The translations under genes and the position numbers were made by a program. A stretch of 64,000 bases of DNA from Dehalococcoidia bacterium (lineage in GTDB: Bacteria; Chloroflexota; Dehalococcoidia; Plut-88900): NCBI GenBank assembly GCA_965249275.1, contig CBDFLQ010000006.1, positions 768,001-832,000 on the forward strand, written 5' to 3'. Under the pieces are notes generated by a model. It was given only the letters and a program-made list of their open reading frames with translations, was not told the origin of the DNA and made no database searches. The first letter of the stretch is position 1, and every line of letters starts with the position of its first letter. Of this stretch, positions 59,523 to 64,000 are shown piece by piece.

Positions 59523-60194
59523 ATGACTTTCTCATTAGTGGGACACTGCAAGAGGACCGGTATGGTCGGGATGGCCGTATCCACCAGCAGCATCTGCGTC
59601 GGGGCCCGCTGCGTATGGGTTGAGACGGGAGTCGGAGCGGTGGCATCGCAGAACCTCACTGACCCGCGGCTCGGGAAGCTGGGTCTGGACCTGCTCCGCC
59701 GAGGCTACTCCGCCAAGGCTGTAGTGGACGAGCTGATCAAGGCTGGGGCCTACCCTCAGTACCGGCAGATCGGCGTCGTAGACATCGTCGGGGGCACGGC
59801 TGCGCACACGGGCAGTCAAGTCTATATGGAGAACAACGAATATCTGGGAGACGGTGTGGTTGCAGTCGGGAACCTGCTTTTCTCTGAGGCCGTGGCCGTT
59901 GCTATTGGGAAGGGATTTGAGGCCGATCCGGACCTCCACCTGGCGGAACGGCTGGTGAGGGCGTTGGAGGCGGGCAAGGCTGCTGGCGGGGAGGTTGGGA
60001 AGAATGAGCACTCCGCGGCACTGGTCGTACATCATAGGTATCCGTTCCCTGTCATTGATCTCCGAGTCGACTGGCATGATGCGCCCATCACGGAACTGCG
60101 TCGGCTCTGGGGCCTTTACGAGCCACAGATGAACGATTTCATCGACAGGGCTATCAACCCCGATGTTGCCGCCCCCCACCTCACAGGCCCCTAA
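59523..60194 (+). CDS. DUF1028 family (Ntn-hydrolase-like) protein
   Basis: MTFSLV, GVGAVASQ, RQ, GN.L, SAAL, DLRVD...P..EL. Confidence 0.88.
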   Translation: MTFSLVGHCKRTGMVGMAVSTSSICVGARCVWVETGVGAVASQNLTDPRLGKLGLDLLRRGYSAKAVVDELIKAGAYPQYRQIGVVDIVGGTAAHTGSQVYMENNEYLGDGVVAVGNLLFSEAVAVAIGKGFEADPDLHLAERLVRALEAGKAAGGEVGKNEHSAALVVHHRYPFPVIDLRVDWHDAPITELRRLWGLYEPQMNDFIDRAINPDVAAPHLTGP

Positions 60195-60216
60195 GCCTTA
60201 GAGGAGGCATTCTCAC

Positions 60217-61458
60217 GTGGACGATATGCAGAAAGACCAAATCCTGACTCATGTAGACCGGGCGGCGATGCTCGACCTGGCCAAGCGGCTGATCAGCATA
60301 CCCAGCTTCAAGCCGAACGAAACCCCCGTAGCCCACTTCCTCGATGACTATTTCCGGGAAAGGGGCTACGAGGTCGAGCTTCAGGAGGTTGAGCCGGGTC
60401 GGCTCCAGGCCATAGCCACCCTCAAGGGCAGCGGCGGCGGCAAGAGCCTAATGCTCAACGGCCACACCGACATCAACTCCCTGCGCCGAGGCGCGACGCG
60501 GGACCCGACATTCCCCATCGTTGAAGGAGACCGGCTATACGGGCAGGGTGTCGAGAACATGAAGGGCGGTCTCGCCAGCATGATAGCCGCCGCGGAGGCA
60601 GTCCGCCTTTCGCCCGTGGAGCTTAGAGGCGACCTGGTCCTTGCCTGTGTGGTCGGGGAGACGCAGGGCGGCGAGGGCACCAACTTTCTTATGGAAAGCG
60701 GACTGAGAACAGACTTGGCCGTTTCACCGGAACCGACGGGTGTCGGCAACATAGCCACGGTCCACGCGGGGATAGCCCACCTGGCCATTCACACCTACGG
60801 CGTCACGGGCCACATCAGCGTCCAGGAGCATACGGTTAACGCCGTAAGCAAGATGACCAATGTCATCGACGCGCTGGAGAGCATGAAGTTCACCCACACC
60901 CCGAGCGCGAAGCTGCCGGCCATGCCTCGCATCAACGTGGGGAGCATTATCGGGGGGCGGGGTGAGAGCTATGTTCTCATAGAGCCTCCCTACGTCCCCG
61001 ACTTATGCACCATTCTCATCGACGTCCACTTCGTTCCAGGCCAGACCCTGGACACGATAATCGCCGACATCCACAACGTCCTCGATCCCCTGGCCGCGCA
61101 GGACTCGGAACTGAGATACGAGATAGAAGTGCCACCGCCCGCCTCTTTCGAGGGACGGCGGAGGCTCGTTATGGAGCCCTTCGACTTGCCCGACGGTCAG
61201 GAGATCGTCGATATCGTGACCCGGAGCCATGAGGCAGTAACTGGGACGCCGCCTCGGGCGGTGGGCCCCATATATCCCTTCTCTTACTCCGCGGGCGACG
61301 TTACCTGGCTGTGGAAGGCTGGAATCCCCTGCCTGGAATACGGGCCTTCAGGCGGGTTCAACTCCGCCGAGGGAGAGGACAACTTCTGGACCTCCATCAG
61401 CGAGATGGAGACCTGCGCCAAGGTGATGGCTCTCATCGCGCTGGACGTCTGCGGGTAG
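60217..61458 (+). CDS. M20/ArgE-like metallohydrolase with atypical metal ligands
   Basis: LMLNGHTD, LYGQGVENMKGG, VGETQGG, YGP. Confidence 0.82.
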   Translation: MDDMQKDQILTHVDRAAMLDLAKRLISIPSFKPNETPVAHFLDDYFRERGYEVELQEVEPGRLQAIATLKGSGGGKSLMLNGHTDINSLRRGATRDPTFPIVEGDRLYGQGVENMKGGLASMIAAAEAVRLSPVELRGDLVLACVVGETQGGEGTNFLMESGLRTDLAVSPEPTGVGNIATVHAGIAHLAIHTYGVTGHISVQEHTVNAVSKMTNVIDALESMKFTHTPSAKLPAMPRINVGSIIGGRGESYVLIEPPYVPDLCTILIDVHFVPGQTLDTIIADIHNVLDPLAAQDSELRYEIEVPPPASFEGRRRLVMEPFDLPDGQEIVDIVTRSHEAVTGTPPRAVGPIYPFSYSAGDVTWLWKAGIPCLEYGPSGGFNSAEGEDNFWTSISEMETCAKVMALIALDVCG

Positions 61459-61558
61459 GGCCTTCGAGCCCAAAACAGAATTTAGACACGCGTCTAATAC
61501 CAGCTCGATGCCCTGCCTTGGTGGGGGAGTGGCGGGGTCCCTGTAAGCCTCCTTTTTC

Positions 61559-61587
61559 TTGACACCTCTACGCCGACTCCCTATCAT
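61559..61587 (+). promoter_or_regulatory. sigma70-type promoter of rny
   Basis: TTGACA-17-TATCAT. Confidence 0.65.
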
Positions 61588-61655
61588 AAATTGTTAAATG
61601 GCCCCCCATTTCTTAAGGGCACTTAACACATAAGCACAATGAAAGTGAGGTAGGG

Positions 61656-63182
61656 ATGGCTATTCTAGTGGCCATCTTGTGCGCCGTTGGGGGCATTCTT
61701 CTAGGTGGGTTAATAGGTTTCTTCGCTCGTCACTTGATACTGGCCAAACAAAAGAGACAGGCAGAGGCACAAGCGGCAGCTCTTCTTACTGAAGCCGAAG
61801 GCAAGCAGAAGGCGCTACTTCTCGAAGCAAGAGAGGAAGTGCATCAGATCCGCAGGTCGGCAGAGAACGAGTACAAGGAAAGAAGAAACGAAGTCAGACG
61901 TCAGGAAAAACGCTTAACCCAAAAAGAGGAAACTCTCGACCGCAAGGTGGAATCCGTTGACCGCAGGCTCCAGAACCTTAGTGACAAAGAGGAGGCGTTA
62001 GAGCGAAAGGTAGCCGAAGCAGAAGAACTGAAGGAGCTCCAGCTCCAGAAGCTGGAGACCATCTCCAGCCTCACCGTAGAGGAGGCCCGCGACAAGGTCA
62101 TCGGCGAGGCCATAGAAGCCGCGCAAGGCGAGATTGACCGCCGCACATACGAGCTTGAGCTTCGGATGAAGGAAGATGCGGACATGAAGGCCCGCAAGGC
62201 CATCGCACTTTCCATTCAACGCCTGACCTCCGACGTAGTTTCCGAGACTACATCCGCCGTCATACCTCTCCCCAGCGATGACATGAAGGGGAGGCTAATC
62301 GGGCGTGAGGGCCGCAACATCAGGGCCCTCGAAAGGGCCACGGGCGTCGACCTCATAATCGACGACACCCCCGAGGCCGTCACCGTCTCCACATTCGATC
62401 CCGTGCGCCGTGAGGTTGCAAAGGTCGCCGTGACCAAGCTGGTCGGCGACGGCCGAATTCACCCCGCCCGGATCGAGGACATAGTCCAGAAGACCCAGGC
62501 AGAGGTCGAAGAAGGCATGAGGACCTCAGGCAAGGAAGCCCTGTACGAGCTGGGCATCACCGGCTTCCACCCGGATCTCGTCAAGCTGGTCGGCCAGCTC
62601 AAGTTCAGGTACAGCTACGGCCACAACATCCTGAAACACTCTGTGGAAGTGGCTCACCTGGCGGGTATGATAGCCGCTGAGATCGGCGCCAACGTGGATA
62701 TCGCCAAGAAGGCCGGACTTCTCCACGACATCGGCAAGGCCCTGACTCACGAGGTGCAGGGCGGCCACGCCGAGATCGGGGCGGACATCGCTCGCAAGTA
62801 CCACATCCGCGCCGAGGTTGTTAAGGCCGTCGAGGAGCACCACGAAGAAGACCGGGTCAACGTCGAGGCTTTCATAGTCGCTGCAGCCGACGCCATAAGC
62901 GGCGCCAGGCCCGGGGCACGGCGCGATAGCGTAGAGCACTACATCAAACGCCTCCGCGCCCTCGAAGAGGTGGCCAACAGCTTCAACGGTGTGCAGAAGT
63001 CCTTCGCCATTCAGGCAGGCCGTGAGATCCGCATCATGGTCAAGCCCGAAATTATCGACGACATCGGGGCATCCCGGCTGGCCCGAGAGGTCTCGAAGAA
63101 GATCGAGGCTGAGCTGGTCTATCCCGGCGAGATCAAAGTAACCATCATCCGGGAGACCAGGGCCTTGGGGACCGCGCGCTGA
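61656..63182 (+). CDS. rny: Ribonuclease Y
   Basis: N-terminal TM, coiled coil, KGRLIGREGRNIR (KH), LLHDIGK (HD), AIQAGREIR. Confidence 0.97.
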   Translation: MAILVAILCAVGGILLGGLIGFFARHLILAKQKRQAEAQAAALLTEAEGKQKALLLEAREEVHQIRRSAENEYKERRNEVRRQEKRLTQKEETLDRKVESVDRRLQNLSDKEEALERKVAEAEELKELQLQKLETISSLTVEEARDKVIGEAIEAAQGEIDRRTYELELRMKEDADMKARKAIALSIQRLTSDVVSETTSAVIPLPSDDMKGRLIGREGRNIRALERATGVDLIIDDTPEAVTVSTFDPVRREVAKVAVTKLVGDGRIHPARIEDIVQKTQAEVEEGMRTSGKEALYELGITGFHPDLVKLVGQLKFRYSYGHNILKHSVEVAHLAGMIAAEIGANVDIAKKAGLLHDIGKALTHEVQGGHAEIGADIARKYHIRAEVVKAVEEHHEEDRVNVEAFIVAAADAISGARPGARRDSVEHYIKRLRALEEVANSFNGVQKSFAIQAGREIRIMVKPEIIDDIGASRLAREVSKKIEAELVYPGEIKVTIIRETRALGTAR

Positions 63183-63286
63183 TTTCCATTACCACACGTA
63201 CCCATCTCTCTTCCCGGCCCAGCTCGGAAACTTGGGCGCATTACCTCGCCGGACGTTCGGACACGGACGACTGCGGGAGCGCCTAA

Positions 63287-64000
63287 GTGCGAGTACTGAT
63301 GATCGGCGACATAGTCGGCAAGCCGGGTAGGCGCGCCGTGCGTACCCTGCTTCCGCGCATTAAAAACGAGTTCGGGGTTGACCTGGTTGTAGCCAACGCC
63401 GAGAACAGTGCCGGGGGATTCGGCCTTACCCCCAGCACATCGGATGAGCTACTGGATGCGGGAGTGGACGTGATCACCACCGGGAACCACGTCTGGGACC
63501 AGCAGGAGATCATTGAGTACCTGGACTCGGAGGCCCCCGTCCTGCGGCCCCTCAACTTCCCACCCGGCCTGCCGGGCCGCGGCTACCTCATTTTCCAGGA
63601 CGTCCTGGTAGTCAATATCATCGGGCGCGTGTTCATGAAGGACTACGATTGTCCGTTCAGGGCTATGGACGGTCTGCTGAAAGGCACCCGAGATCGGCCC
63701 CGGGTCACTTTGGTAGACTTCCACGGCGAGGCCACTTCCGAGAAAGGCGCTATGGGCTGGTACCTGAACGGCCGAGTCAGCGCCGTAGTTGGGACTCACA
63801 CCCATGTCGGCACCATCGACACCATGGTACTACCCGGTGGCACGGCCTACGTCACCGACCTCGGCATGGTCGGCCCTTCCCAGTCAATTATCGGCGACGA
63901 TCCCGAGCCAATCATCGAGCGCTTCCTTACCCAGATGAACCACCGCATGTCGGTGGCCAAGGGTCCTGTGCGCTTCAGCTCGGCGCTAATCGATATCGAC
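63287..64000 (+). CDS. ymdB: YmdB/TIGR00282 family metallophosphoesterase, truncated by the window end (not in ORF track)
   Basis: GTG start: MRVLMIGDIVGKPGR, ANAEN, TGNHVWD, DFHGEATSEK, GTHTH, TDLGM; follows rny. Confidence 0.92.
   Translation, partial: MRVLMIGDIVGKPGRRAVRTLLPRIKNEFGVDLVVANAENSAGGFGLTPSTSDELLDAGVDVITTGNHVWDQQEIIEYLDSEAPVLRPLNFPPGLPGRGYLIFQDVLVVNIIGRVFMKDYDCPFRAMDGLLKGTRDRPRVTLVDFHGEATSEKGAMGWYLNGRVSAVVGTHTHVGTIDTMVLPGGTAYVTDLGMVGPSQSIIGDDPEPIIERFLTQMNHRMSVAKGPVRFSSALIDID

Noticed and set aside
1-64000. Alternative genetic code (UGA = Trp/Gly) as the explanation for the in-frame TGAs
   Set aside because: TGA ends argH, rpmB, trpS and rny at their normal C-termini; internal TGAs occur only at catalytic Cys positions

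Overview
GC-rich (about 60% by eye) bacterial chromosome segment, probably Chloroflexota/Dehalococcoidia of the SAR202 type (inferred from the LLM, CoA-transferase III, SDR and RidA paralogs, the rpmB-DAK2-DegV-recG and rny-ymdB synteny, and many Pro/Thr-tethered lipoproteins). Housekeeping genes: argJ-argB-argD-argG...argH, rpe, rpmB, fakA/degV, recG, argS, trpS, suhB, rny, ymdB. There are also catabolic accessory genes, one intact IS5-family element and many palindromic repeats and MITEs. The main hidden signal is six in-frame TGA codons at redox-Cys positions in five genes that the ORF track splits or truncates. They give a FrnE/DsbA-like protein (UPWC), two UGSC-family proteins (UGSCxxC, matching the GrdB UxxCxxC active site) and two predicted DsbA-like lipoproteins downstream of rpmB, one with two Sec residues in tandem thioredoxin domains. 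Each TGA is followed 13-16 nt later by a small hairpin with G in its loop (candidate SECIS). The UGSC genes cluster with three paralogs of an uncharacterised ~350-aa 'TDGLPVVPPT' protein and with LLM, ureohydrolase and SDR genes, suggesting a modular selenium-dependent enzyme system of unknown substrate. No CRISPR array, rRNA or tRNA was recognised, and selA/B/C/D are not in the window.
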